IMG/VR virus record: IMGVR_UViG_3300010885_015247
Span: 16,837 to 80,836 of that record
Source: a virus
Length of the DNA stretch: 64,000 bases
Strand: one strand, 5' to 3'
The translations under genes were made by a program, and so were the position numbers. How positions within the stretch are numbered: the first letter of the stretch is position 1; each line of letters opens with the position of its first letter. Positions 44,101-55,800 of this stretch are shown one piece after another. The notes beneath the pieces were generated by a model. It had not been told where the DNA came from. It saw nothing but the letters and a program-made list of their open reading frames with translations, and made no database searches.

Positions 44101-45908
44101 GTCATCTCGACAGGAGCTTCAACAGATGCCTTCAGTGGGTTTCCATTTTTATCTAACCAACGATTCTTAGCACCTTTAGGTTCTATATATCTTTTAGTGT
44201 CTGCTGGATCAAAAAATGGATTTGCTGTTCTAAGACCGTTTCTATCTCCTTCTAAATACTTCTTTAAAACAGGAATGTTGTATGCATTAATTGATTTTTC
44301 TGGAGCACCAGATACCTGAGGATAATATTTAGCAAGAGGGTTTGCACTTCTAGCAGGAGCTGTTTGTGTACCTGCTGGTGTAGTTGTAGTTCCTGCACCT
44401 GTACCTGTTGATTCTGCAGTATCTGCAGATAGTCTTTGATCAGCTACCCATTGAGGGTAGTTTGTAAGCATTGAGTTTAAGCTCGCTGCATTAAGAGGGG
44501 GTAGTGTTCCCGGCATACGAATCGGTGAATCCATAGGAGTACGAGGCTCCCCAAGAATTCCGTTTGTATCTAGCTCTCCTTCAGCAAAACCTTGAGGAAT
44601 CGGTGTGTAAGTATCTAATGGCTCTGTAAGCTTTGCATTAACATCGATCATGTTGCCATTATCAAGTTCTACCTTGACATTGCCTGTTGCATTATCGATA
44701 GAGCGAATGTTTCCTTGATAGTTTGGACGACCACCGATTACTACTCGGCCACCCATCTTTGCAAACTTACCTGTCTTATCACGAAGCTGTGCTCCAGCAT
44801 TAGCTGAGCGCTCTTCGGGAGTGTAGTTTCCATCGTTACTAGTTGGAGTTTCCCCAGCTGCAGTTAATGAGTCATCCATATCCCACATAGATGATGCATC
44901 ATCATACATAATAATGTCATCTAGAAGTTTCCAGTCAATTTCAGGCTGAGCATCAATCATCATCTTGTGCTCTTCTGGTTGAAGCTTGTCAATACGATGA
45001 GCAATAAGAGGTTCGTTGTCTAGAAGAGCAGCAACAAGTAATGCTGTTTCTGTATCAACAGGCATGTGTGTCTTAACAACAACATCTTCAATATCATCAA
45101 GCATCTTGTCATAGCTAGTATGATCGTTATCTGGGTTTCCCATATCATCCCAGTTGCCGTCATCCCATACATACATCAAACCATTTGGCTCAATTCGGTA
45201 TAGACGATCAATACCAGATCCATCCATACGGATGCGAACAAAAAATTCAATTACATTATCTTCAGGCATTGTCTTTGAAGTAATGAAAGAGTCGTAATCA
45301 ACTGCCTTTGGCATCTCGTGCTCGTATGACTCGTAGCCGTATGCAAGCATTGCATTTGATTTTGCTGCTTTATTTTCACGCTCTACAATTGCTGATGCCC
45401 AACGCTCTGCGGCATCTCCACCCCATAAAGCCCAAGCAATACGGCCATTAGATGGGTAATTCTTTTGTCCCGGCTTATAGCCAGTTCCCTTTTTATCTAC
45501 TTGATGACGCGGGAAGTATTTTGCAATATGACGAACCTTGCGAATACCGATTTGTCCACCACGAGCAAGTGTGCGAGCGGTATTCATACCTACTGAAGTG
45601 CCGCCACGGTCTTCCTCTTTGCGCCAAGCAATTCCACGCTTTGCCTCTGCAATAACAGAGTCTGGAATTGTGTACATGCGGTCGTTATTTGAAAATACTT
45701 TGATGTCAAGAGATGTTAAAGCAGCGGCTGCAAGCTCTACTGCTGTATCGGTAGGACGATCTCCCTTAGAGTCCCACTCAAAGGATGCTAGAAGAGGCTC
45801 TTTAATATCTACAGCAGAAACAATGTTCATAGAGTCGTCTACAACAACACCCTTATCTTCTGAGACAAAGAGGGCTCTAGTTCCGTTACGACCAATGAAC
45901 TCCATCAT
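41127..45908 (-). CDS. Multidomain capsid maturation protease/head morphogenesis polyprotein (about 1590 aa)
   Basis: Start re-called at MMEFIG (ATGA overlap). Protease core ESGDGR...LPLLWQ...GHDGSVVVG...GVSADLD; also LRRYWTYGKGAAKIRW, GHIAAW...SGDWR and DGSFPIRNAGDLKNAI modules. Confidence 0.75.
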   Translation of the reverse strand: MMEFIGRNGTRALFVSEDKGVVVDDSMNIVSAVDIKEPLLASFEWDSKGDRPTDTAVELAAAALTSLDIKVFSNNDRMYTIPDSVIAEAKRGIAWRKEEDRGGTSVGMNTARTLARGGQIGIRKVRHIAKYFPRHQVDKKGTGYKPGQKNYPSNGRIAWALWGGDAAERWASAIVERENKAAKSNAMLAYGYESYEHEMPKAVDYDSFITSKTMPEDNVIEFFVRIRMDGSGIDRLYRIEPNGLMYVWDDGNWDDMGNPDNDHTSYDKMLDDIEDVVVKTHMPVDTETALLVAALLDNEPLIAHRIDKLQPEEHKMMIDAQPEIDWKLLDDIIMYDDASSMWDMDDSLTAAGETPTSNDGNYTPEERSANAGAQLRDKTGKFAKMGGRVVIGGRPNYQGNIRSIDNATGNVKVELDNGNMIDVNAKLTEPLDTYTPIPQGFAEGELDTNGILGEPRTPMDSPIRMPGTLPPLNAASLNSMLTNYPQWVADQRLSADTAESTGTGAGTTTTPAGTQTAPARSANPLAKYYPQVSGAPEKSINAYNIPVLKKYLEGDRNGLRTANPFFDPADTKRYIEPKGAKNRWLDKNGNPLKASVEAPVEMTPETSDVPIVHMAIVSPDDPQAVMDLVALVPSTDVSTTPTTFTRKDGKWIAEPQILLDLRSATPPPVVVLDDTNLVDVLEQVDNKKPDKKEEPVTAAGGADRNRGQAEKLRRYWTYGKGAAKIRWKTPGDWTRCYKQLAKYMGPRAKGYCALRHKEMNGYWPGDRKNNNKSDFSVNTMHSYDELLSTFVLRAKAADARSRVLTAGAYETNETAKSQGAEFLIPLVIPEGMESGDGRIMRKGALDMRELPLPLLWQIKTGEGHDGSVVVGQITSMERIDSGIGNAKGHFDTGEYGKEAERLVRGGFIRGVSADLDQFEADDERKDDENGSDTKVDAGKITITKARVMAVTIVPKPAFQECTIQLADAASVEEDEVNIPDGVYVEGVNALEASALVACGMIAGAIPVNPPTEWFNDPQLKGPTPLTVDDDGRVFGHIAAWHVDHIGMTAGTKPPRSRSKYAYFHTGVVRTDNGTDVPVGQLTLAGGHAGLEASASEAVRHYDDTASAIADVHAGEDAYGIWVAGSVRPGSTPEQIRALRASAPSGDWRPIKNSLELVAVCQVNVPGFPIARARVASGQVMALVAAGASTLAMLKHDPLAELNARLSDLEGDKKMALVASANDVRARFETNRMEVLAAKRVELAAKIKKVKEDVDQDIDYMIQNFDENPETELTVISRRVRERLAQEGKALNDGSFPIRNAGDLKNAIQAYGRAKPGSRGKVKRHIIKRAIGLGKEEMIPENWKGAASNLDEIVASMKSRTEEYGTRLGSDFATNSEAVFAEKITEEIIDLTPEEVEALKAESKAREEGRVTDGEAPPERDADGRVKYTADTQPRDVAGKFRTVLARIKQDLGTSGLQNVLDKVKEAENFDSTGDYAGAAKAATDLIGIIDRLDSGALNAESLENVRNSAGELGKVIANLPFAFGEEAQKIRFSDVPPALRDLMTDMIEKVEAKIGKEDADIATAELKTFISGSELYNQSEISSQMAKLLRLLT

Positions 45909-46627
45909 GCTTTTCCTGACTCCTCGGTTACGGGTCCGCCAGCTACCCATGCATCGCATGTACGAGATGATGCACATTTAAAGTCGAATGCTTCACAATA
46001 CCCTAGATCGCCAGCCTCGATTGAGCCCCAAGCGTCATTTCCAGCCTCGTTTCCAAGTCCAGAAGCAATACAGTCAAGCATTTTTGGTGTTTGAATGAAT
46101 ACAGCGCAGTTGCCACAGCGTGATTTCTTAGCATCTTCAACTGGAACAGTCCAGCGATCTGCTTTTGCTTGCCAAAAAGTGTTATTTGGAAGTGCTGGAT
46201 TCATTGGTCCGTAACCAGCAGTTTTGATAGCACCTTCTCTATTTTTTAGATTTACAGCAATGTCTGAAGTAGCAGGAGGACATCCTTCAGATGTCTCGAC
46301 TGCAGCCGTCATAGACTTGCCGCTCTCCTCAAATGCATAAAAAACTTCGTAATCTTTTACCTGATCATATTTAACATAAGTTTTAGCCTTCTGAGCTGTA
46401 TCAAACATATCCGTAACTACTTTGTAGTCGGAAGGAAGAATGTCCATAATTGAAAGGTTCTCAAGGCTTGTATCTTCTGGAGACAAGGCAAGCCATTGGC
46501 CATTTACTCTTGTAAAGGTGCCAAACTTTTCTGTAGAAAATATAGCCTGATAAACAACATTCTCACCGTTTGCATAGATTAAAGACATGCCTTCAAGTGG
46601 ATAGGACTTAGCGCTAGACAGTCTCAT
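45905..46627 (-). CDS. Head-module protein with Cys-rich C-terminal domain
   Basis: CPPAT...RCGNC...YCEAFDFKCASSRTCDAW. Confidence 0.65.
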   Translation of the reverse strand: MRLSSAKSYPLEGMSLIYANGENVVYQAIFSTEKFGTFTRVNGQWLALSPEDTSLENLSIMDILPSDYKVVTDMFDTAQKAKTYVKYDQVKDYEVFYAFEESGKSMTAAVETSEGCPPATSDIAVNLKNREGAIKTAGYGPMNPALPNNTFWQAKADRWTVPVEDAKKSRCGNCAVFIQTPKMLDCIASGLGNEAGNDAWGSIEAGDLGYCEAFDFKCASSRTCDAWVAGGPVTEESGKA

Positions 46628-46749
46628 AGCTTTTCCTCATCCTCAGGCTCGTATGAGTCAGCATTAGGGTCAACCTCTGCTAGCTCAATAATCTTGCGGT
46701 AAGCAGCAACAACAGCCTCGTTGTATTGCTCTTTATCTGACTTAGCCAT
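46624..46749 (-). CDS. 41-aa acidic small protein (MAKSDKEQYNEAVVAAYRKIIELAEVDPNADSYEPEDEEKL), absent from the ORF track
   Basis: ATG at 46749; its TGA overlaps the next ATG (ATGA); fills the gap. Confidence 0.6.
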   Translation of the reverse strand: MAKSDKEQYNEAVVAAYRKIIELAEVDPNADSYEPEDEEKL

Positions 46750-46854
46750 TATTATACCGTCTTCTCTTCAATGGCTTCTGGATTGGCCACAAGACCTTTT
46801 TCGTTTAAAAGAGGCATTGCATCTTTTGTCTCGGTTACTTTACCTATTTCAAGT

Positions 46855-49800
46855 TCAGGGATTGATAACACCTGTGTCTCCTTCGTCTAGTTTTCCAATA
46901 GCCATTTCAAGAATATTGGCTTGCTTTGTAAAACCCTCTGATCTTAGCAGTGCTACCCAAGTTGCGTACCACACTGAATTATGTCCACCGTCTCCGTTCG
47001 GGTTCTTCCAGTTAGCTTCCATCAGATGTGCAATCTCGTGAAGCAAAGCAACCTTGGTAGTTCCTCTACTTCTTACTAAAACAACAGGAAGATCTTTATC
47101 TTTAAATGGGTGAGAATCTGGCAAGCTTTCTGTAGTACCACGGGAAACTGCTGCCTCTACATCATTATGTTCTGGGTTCTCCGCAAAGAACTTGTCAGAG
47201 TTAGCCATACTAAGATTAAATACTCTATCCCCGTATCCATACTTAACTAGCATATCTGTAATATATTTTCCAACTTCAGCTTCATCAGAAATCACTTCTT
47301 GATCTTCCATAATGCGCTTGAACATAACACCAGAACCACCCTCGATGCGCCAGTCACTCTTGCGCTCTGGGTCGTATGTGACATCGTTCCATACGGTATG
47401 CATCTTTGATCCATACTTAATTTTTTCTGCTGTTACATTTGGATCAATGTTCTTTGGAGTCTTAGCTGTAGCAGCGAGTTCTTCTCCCGTTGTTCCCTCT
47501 TCGCCAACGTTAGCTTCTGGAGCTGTCTCTGGCTTTAATCCTGCATCTTCTGCGATCTGATCACCAGTCTTACCTTCGCTACCAACACCTTCGCCAACAG
47601 GCTCTACAGGATTTCCTTCTTCATCAACTTTTGCTGGCTCTTCTTGCTTGCCTAACATATGGTCTACAGCCTTCTGTGCTTGCTTGGCTGCCTTGATAAT
47701 CATCTGTGGATCGTTCTTAAGAGCTCCAAGCCATGACTTTGCATATGATGCAACATTACCGAAGTCAATCTCAACGCCTAGACGTGCTGCAACAAGTGCA
47801 ACAGAAATCTCTGCAATAAGTTCTTCCTCACCACGGCTAGCCTTGTGAGTTCCGTAGTTGTCTGTGAGATCTTTACGATTTACACGAGATGTATGTCCCG
47901 TGCTGTGTGCAAGCTCGTGAACTATAGTTTCAAAGATATCTTGCTCTGCACCGAACTGCTCACGGAGTGGCAAATGAATAGTGTCAGTTACTGGTGAGTA
48001 GTAAGCGCTGTCTTGAGACTTGTAGAAAATCTCTGGACGATCTTTATATGTATCAAGAAGAGTCTGCTCTCCTTGGCTTACTGGAACTGGTTCGCCTTTA
48101 ACTAGTGGTGGAAGGTTAATGCCTTCTGCTTGCTCTACGTTAAAGACGTTAATAATCTTTGGCGGTGTGTATACAAATACTTTTTCTGTGGTTCCATCTG
48201 GCTGCTTGACATCTTTAAACTTTGGAGTCCAGTGGATAATTGAAGTTGCCTTCTCGCCACGCTTAATGTTTCCACCAAGCTTTTCTGCTTGCTTATATGT
48301 AAGCCAGCGATTATCAGACCAACCATTACGCTCCTGAGCTGCCCAAAGTACGAGGACGTTTGTTCCTTCATACATTTTGCCAGTTGCAATACTAGTTGGG
48401 AGGAATCCTCCACCAGTCCAAGGCTTACGCCAAGGAGCAGTTCCATTTTCAAGAGCTTCAATAATTGCATCTGCAATTTTCTGTGTTGCTGGGTCAATCT
48501 TTTTTGCAGTTTCCTGTACTTCATTATCAAACTCTTCTGGTGTAACAGGAACTGGGTCTGTTTCAATCTTAGACATTGCTTGTAGAGTAAAAGATGGAGC
48601 AATAGCTTGCTCGTCTTCTTCAGATGTGTAGTCGTTAACCCAGCTGAGAGGTCCTAGATAAACTTCTTTCTGTGCACGAGTAATTGCAACATATGCAAGT
48701 CGAAGTTCTTCTGGTGCTGGCATATCAATCTCGCCAGTTTCCTTGTTAAACTTTGGACCCCAGAAGTCATCGTAGATTCGAACCTTGTTCCATTGCAAAC
48801 CCTTTGACTGATGTGCAGTAGTAATAACAACATCTGCCTTTACTGGCTCGATTACTCCTTCAAGAATTTTCTTAAGTTGATTGAGCTTATCTACTTTCTT
48901 AAGATCATCTTCAATAGTTATACGACGATCTTTTGCCCAGTTGCCGTCAGCATCTTTTCTTGCCTTAAACCCTGCTTCTTTAAGTTTTTCATTGTTATAT
49001 TTAAAGAATCCAGTAAGAACAACATCATCACCTTCAATAGTGTATGTGACACTACTATCTAGCTTTCCAGTAGAACCGTCCTCTACCTTGTCTAGAGTAA
49101 GAGGCTTGTAGTTCTTAAGAGCAATCTTGCTCTCTGCAGTTTCTTCACGCTCTACAACAACACGATCTAAAATCTCACGGATGCTTTGCATCCCATTCTG
49201 TGTTACCAAGTCGTAGAAAGCCTTAACTGGACGAGCTTTTCCTTCTCGGACTGCAGTTGAAAGTTCTTCCCAAGAGTCATACATTCCAATTTCTGCGTTG
49301 TACTTAGCTGGCTTCGAGCCTTTCTTTCCGCCCATAAGCCAACTTGTTGTATCAATAACTTCTTCAAGTCTTGTTTTAGTTGATTGACTAATTCCAACAA
49401 TCTTGCCTTGCTCAAGATACTCAAGCATTGCCTTAAATCCGCCACCATTTGTGCGAACAAGAACTGCATCTGGGTCTGGCATTTCATCTAAGCTCTCTAC
49501 AACTTTACCTTGATCTTTTCCAGCACCGATAACTTTCTCTGGCTTTCCAGCAACAGCAAGGAAACGGTTAGCAGGTGCTGCAATGTTTGGACCAAATCGG
49601 AATGATTCGTTGATTTGAAGCTTCTCTGCTCCTTCAAGAGTATCTAGTTGATCTTTAGCTCCACGGAATCCATAAATAGACTGATTTCCATCGCCAACAA
49701 ATACTTTTTGTACATTCTGCTTACGGACCCAATCGCCAGCAACATCATTAATATCCTGCGCTTCATCGAAGAAGATAATGTCTGCTGCAGGAATTACTTT

Positions 49801-52800
49801 GTCTGGGCTAGTAGACTCTGAGTCTGGTGACATTGTTACATCAATGCCATTAAGTTGAACATACTTTTCTGGGAAAGATTGATTCATCGACAAGCGACCC
49901 TTAGGACTTGAAATATCATCCCACCAGCGATTTGCGTAGTCGATAAATACTTCAGGAATGTCTACAAAATTATCTGTAAAGTGTTGAGGCATAATCTTCT
50001 CGTCTGCACTCTGTGCAAATGCTGTTACTGCTTGACGAACAACAGCAACTACTTCTCTGCTTGATAGATTTGCTTCTACCTTTGTTCCATCTTTTTTGAT
50101 CTCTACAACTTTAACTGGTCCTATTTCAAGATGATCTGCAACTTCTGTTGGAAGTCCAATAGATGTTTTATCAAAACTACGCTTTTGCATCCAAGTAGGT
50201 GAATGGTGCCAAGCAACCTGTGTATTGGTTCTTGCAATCATATTTGAAGGTTTGTCAGGATCAGCATTAAGTTCTGCAGCTACAGCCTTGTTAAATGCAA
50301 TATAAAGAATAGTTTTGTCTGGATCTTTTTCTGCAACGGCCTTTGCAGCCATCTTAAGTGTGCTGGTTTTACCTGTTCCAGCAAGAGCCTGAACAATTAC
50401 ATCCTTACCAGCAACTACAGCATCAATAACTGCTTGCTGTTGTTTAGTTGGCTTGATGCCCTTAGGTTCTGCATCTTCGCTATCTGAAACAAAATCTGGG
50501 TCTGGAGTTTCATCAGGGCTTCCAGTTGCATCTTCTGGGAACTCTTGATCAAGCGAGATCATTCCCATCTTTTGAAGATTAGGTTTCTCTCCTAAAGGAA
50601 GAGTGAACTCGTCTTGCTTTTCAATAGCCGTATATAGATCTGGAGATCTAACACTAAAGTTCCAATTTGGTGCAGCTGGATTATCAAAGTAAAGAATTTT
50701 TCCATCTGACTTAATAATTGCCTCGGTATTGTTAGGACCGATCATAACGATAATGTCGTCTGCTTCCATATCTTCACGGCGCTCAAGATCTTTTTTACTT
50801 GGCTTTACAAATGTAAACTTTCTTTCTAGAGGTGCACCAGTAGAGAGATTTGGCATAAATCCTGTAACAGATCTTTGATGACCCTTATCGTACTGAGATA
50901 TATCTTGAACTGCGGCTGTAAGTGCTTCTAATGCTTCTGGACTTACTTGACGATAATTAAGGTCCAGTGCGTATTTCATTCTTTTTTCTTCGTTTTCTTT
51001 CCAAACTCTGCTTCGCTCTTCAGCATCCATAACTACAGGCTCTTCTGGGACTTCAACCGCAGGAGTGTTATCTGTAACGTCTCCAGTAAGAAGTGAAGTA
51101 AGTTCTTCTGTAGACTTTGGAGTCTCGTTAGGGTTTACTGGCTCTCCAGTTGCAGGAGGAGTTGGATCTGTAAAGAACCCGCCGCCATCATCTGGATTAA
51201 TAATTTGTAGTGAACCTGCCGAGATGTTTTCACGCTTCTCGGCATCATCAAACTTTACCTTGACATAATTTTTGTATCCGCGAGGACCGTATGTTGTAAG
51301 GAGTGCTCTAACTTCACCCATACGTCCGTGCTTAGTACCACGAACTCTGTCGCCAACCTTGAGAGCAACACCATCTGCTGAAAGATGATTGATAGATGCA
51401 TCTGGGCGATCTGCAAGAACTACAGACTTAACAGTGTCATCTAGTGGAAGACCCTTGACTGCTTCCTCAACAGTTGCGTCTGATTTAGCACCAGATGTAA
51501 TTGTTTCGATTGCATCGGAGACAACACTCTGAGTCTCTTCTGGAGTAATTGACTTCTTACCCTTAGGTGTAGGAGTCTTATCCTTTGTCTTAGGTTCTGG
51601 AGCAACTACTACTGGCTTAGATGCTAAAGCTTTAACTTCTGCAGGTGTCTTACCAGCAAGTTCATTACGACGACGAAGTGTTCCCTTAAGAACCTTGCCG
51701 TTAGACCAGCCAATTCCAGGTGATTTCTTCTCTGTAACTCGTGTGCTATAAAGCTCACCGCTTGAAACAATCTTGCGAACAACAATAGTTCCGTTTGGAT
51801 CTTCTGGGTCTGCAATCAGATCAACCACTTCGTGGTATCCGCCACCCTCGGCTGGTACGAAGTCACCAATCTTAATATCTCCTACAGTTGCTGCACCTTC
51901 GTCAACAACAAAAGTGTTTTCATCATCTTCGATCCAAGTGTCATTAATCTTTCCACCAAAGATTGATTCATATGCGTACTCTTCAGCAGAATCTGTGCTT
52001 CCTTCAGGACCAAAAGTAGATGTTGTCTTGGTCTTACCAAGCATCTCGTCAACTGATACTTGCTCTCCAGACATACCACGCTTGACTGCTTCAGCCATAG
52101 CTAGTTCTGCTTCTTGCTTCTTAAATGCTTCTAGCTTCTCGTTGTATGAAGAACGCTTAGCCTCAAACTCTGCAAGACGAGTTGCAGCATCAAACTCTCT
52201 ATTGTCAGGCTTCATATCGCCAAGCAAACCTTCTAGGATTGCTGGAAGAACCTCTGAATCAGTTCTGGCATCATGCCACTCTTCATCTGTCTTCTCAATA
52301 CCGTAGCGCTTAGCAACTTGACCAAGCTTGTTACCCTTAGGAGTCATGCTTTTTGCTAATTCAAGAGTATCAATAACTCCATCCATGTTGTAATCAATAC
52401 CAAACTTCTTAGCCCACTTCTCAAATGTATTTGTATCAAACTCAGCGTTGTGTGCAACAAAGATTGCATCTTGTCCAGCAAACTCTGCAAATGCACGAAG
52501 CTGATCTTCAATAGATGGCTGAGTTGCTAAGAACGCATCGTCAACTGTTTGACCATCAAAGCTGAGTAGCTTCTCTGGATCAAGAACTTTATTTCCATCT
52601 GCATCTGTCTTGTAGTAGTAGTCTCCAAGAGGCTCTCCTGGATTGATGAACAGGTTGATTTCTCCAACCTTCTCTCCACCTTCCCAGACAGATGCTGCAA
52701 CCTGAATAGGTGCATCAGGATTATCGTTATCAAACTTTCCAGTTCCTACTGTTTCAAAATCAAAGTAGACAACTCGCTTGCCCTTAAGAGCATCTGAGAT

Positions 52801-55800
52801 TGCTTTTCCATCTTTAAGGTTTGCAAGTTCTGCAGCTTTACCAAAGAACGCTGGACGATTTCCACGATTATAGCTATTAGGCTTTTCTACAAGTACTGCA
52901 GGGATTTCTGATGCTGTTAGATCAGGAGTGTATGCCTTTCCAGCTTCTTTTCTTAATGCTGCAATTTCCGCGTTCTTATCTTTATAAGCCTGACCCTTAA
53001 GAGTTCCTGGCTCAATACTATCAATTGCTGGCTTGTCACCCTTAGCAGGAATCTTCTCTGCCTTTTCTCCACGAAGAACTTCTACAGATGTACCAGTCTT
53101 CCAAGACTTAACTTGTGATTCGTGTCCTGGATAGTATCCACGGATTTGAACCTTCTCTTCTGCTGGCTTTCCATCTGCACGAGGGACCATAACTGTGCCT
53201 GGTAGAACTTCTTCGATAACAAAGAACTCACTGAGTTCGCCATTCTCGTCACGACGGAATGCAATATCATTTGGCTTCAAATCTCTACCAAGTGCGTTAA
53301 CAACGTGAAGAGTATTCTCGGGTGTAAATTCTTTTACAGTAGGTTCAACTTCTGGAGCATTCCACAAAGCCTTCTGTGTAGATAGTTGCTCTTGGTACTT
53401 TTCCATATCTTGTTCAAATTGCTTTTGCTCAGCTGGGTCTTTTAGTTCCCAGTCGCCATTGACCTTTGTAAGCTTTCCGTAGTCGCCCATCTTTGGCTGA
53501 TTAAGTTCTGGTAAATCTCCCTTTGCAGGAGGAGTTACATCACGATATACATCAAAGAGAACATCGTCTGCCCAAAGTTTGCTTGACTGCTCTACTCCGC
53601 CAGGATAATAACCACTTACACGAGAAGCTGGGACCATTTCCCCGTTTCGCTTCTTTTCAAATCCTTCTTCTACATTTGTAACTGTAAAGAAATCTTTAGT
53701 CATAACATCGCCAGGTTTAAGATCTGTTGTCTTAGCTGTCGCAATGCGTGGGTTTGTTACTACTACAGCATCTTCAATATCTGATTCGTTAGTTGCGCTT
53801 GAGGTTTGTTCTGATTCAGTAGTAGTTGGATCTTCCTTGACTTCTGGTGAATCTGGAACTACCTCGGCATCAACAATATCTGCTTCTGGTTTAGTTTGAT
53901 CGGAAGGAGTCCCTTCAGACTCGACAGTAACATCGCCGGGCTTTGATGGGCCCTTCTTGCTACGGAAGAAGTTCCAACCAAGTTCTTCGTTAAGTCTTCT
54001 ACCAATCTCTTCTAATTCTTCAGTAGTTAAACTATCTAAAATATCTGTGAATGCTTTAATTGTTGAACGATCAGGGTTCTCTAGTTCAAGAGCGCCAGGA
54101 CCAAACTCTGTGAAGATCATCTTGAGGATAAGTTCCTTGCGACGCTTTGCTTCTTTCTTTAGCTCCCTCTTGCTCTTTTTAGAAGTAGGATCTTCTTTAG
54201 TGTCTTGATCTTCAGGCTCTTCGTCTTTTTCTTTTTTAGCTCTAGAAATGTCGTTATCTGATGTAAGAGCATCTGTAGGCACTTCGTTGACAATCTGATC
54301 GATCTTCTCATTCATTTCATCACGCATCTCAACGAGTGCGTCAAATTCTTCTGGTGTTAAGCCGTTTGCTTCTGCATTTTTAATTGCCTCGTTTGCAATC
54401 TTGCGATCTTCAACAAGTTGTTTAAGAGTTTCTTTTGCATACTCCTGAGAGGCAGGGTTTTCTGGATCAAAGGTTGCTTCTTTTATCTTTACCTTTGGCT
54501 CTTTAACATCTTCAGTAGGTGTGGTATCTGCAGGAGTTCCTTCAGGGAACTCTGGAGCTGGCTTACCCTTAAGATTTTTTTCGTAGTAATCAAATGCTTC
54601 TTGAGGAGAGTTAAACTCCACTGTTTGATCTAGACCATCGCCAATAAGGAACCAATACTTAGCTCCTGGCTGGTCAACAAGATCGAGAATAGTTCCATCT
54701 TCATTCTTAGCAAGAGTTGCAGACTCTGGATCCTTTGACCAACCTTCTGGCAAAGTATCTGGAAGTGCATCAGCAATGTCTGTCTTATCTTTTGAAACCT
54801 CTGGGCCAGCAACATCTTTAGTCTCTGGTGCTACTTCTTCGCCCTCTGGTGTTTTAGGGGCTGTACGAGTCTCTACAGACTCATCTTTAGAATCAAGATC
54901 AATTGGTGGCTGTCCTTCTCTTGGAAGAAGGTCGATACCAAACTTATCTCTTAGCTCACGAAGGAACTTCTTAGCACTTGCCTCATCCATGCCAGACTTT
55001 GTTTCAGCCTTAGCATCTGGGTTCCAATCAAAGCCATTGTCATCTAAGAAGTCTTTAACTTCTTGCATTCTAAATGGAGCCTTCTTACCAGAGCGAAGAT
55101 CTAGACGATCTCCTGTGAGTTTGTAAGAAACTTGAGGAGCAATCGCGTCTTCCTCTGCTTTTTTGTTGTCTTTTTCAATTTGCTTATCTAGCTTTGCAAT
55201 TTCTTTTGCAAGAGTTGCACGAACAGAGTCGATTGCTTTATTTTCAATAACATCTGTCTCGTCTAGATCCTCTTTAGCAAGACCAAGTTGGTCATCGGCT
55301 GCTTTAAGGATATTTCTAACATTCTCGTTTGAGCGCTCACCTGTTTGCCAGTCTTTAAAGCCACCACGAATTGACATTGTTGGATCTTGTAGAAGATCAA
55401 GTGCGTATTGAACACGACCTGAAGGTCCTGGCTCGAAACCATACTCTCCCATATCAATTGCAGATACTTCATCTCCAGACTCAAAGCCTTCCATTTCTTT
55501 ATCTTGATAATCAGATAAGAGAGGGCTGTTAAATGTAGGATCGTTAAAGAAAGCTGCAAGTCTTGTGAAATCTTTATTTTTAGTAAGCATTTCATGGAAA
55601 CGCTCGTCTTTACTTACACTAGTAAGCCATTCGTCAGCTGTCCATCCTTCTTTAATAGGATCTTTACCTGACTTGGAACCTTTGCCATCAGCTGGCACTT
55701 CTGATGTAGGAGTATCTGCTACAGGCTCTTCTTCTTCTGTTTCTGGCTGTTCTGGAAGATCATCTGGATCAATAATGTCTTGAGTTTCCTTATAAGAATT

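Noticed and set aside
51800-53740. Inteins in the giant protein (DLKPGD-type motifs)
   Set aside because: No N-terminal Cys/Ser block, no C-terminal His-Asn and no LAGLIDADG; better read as SH3/KOW-like repeats.
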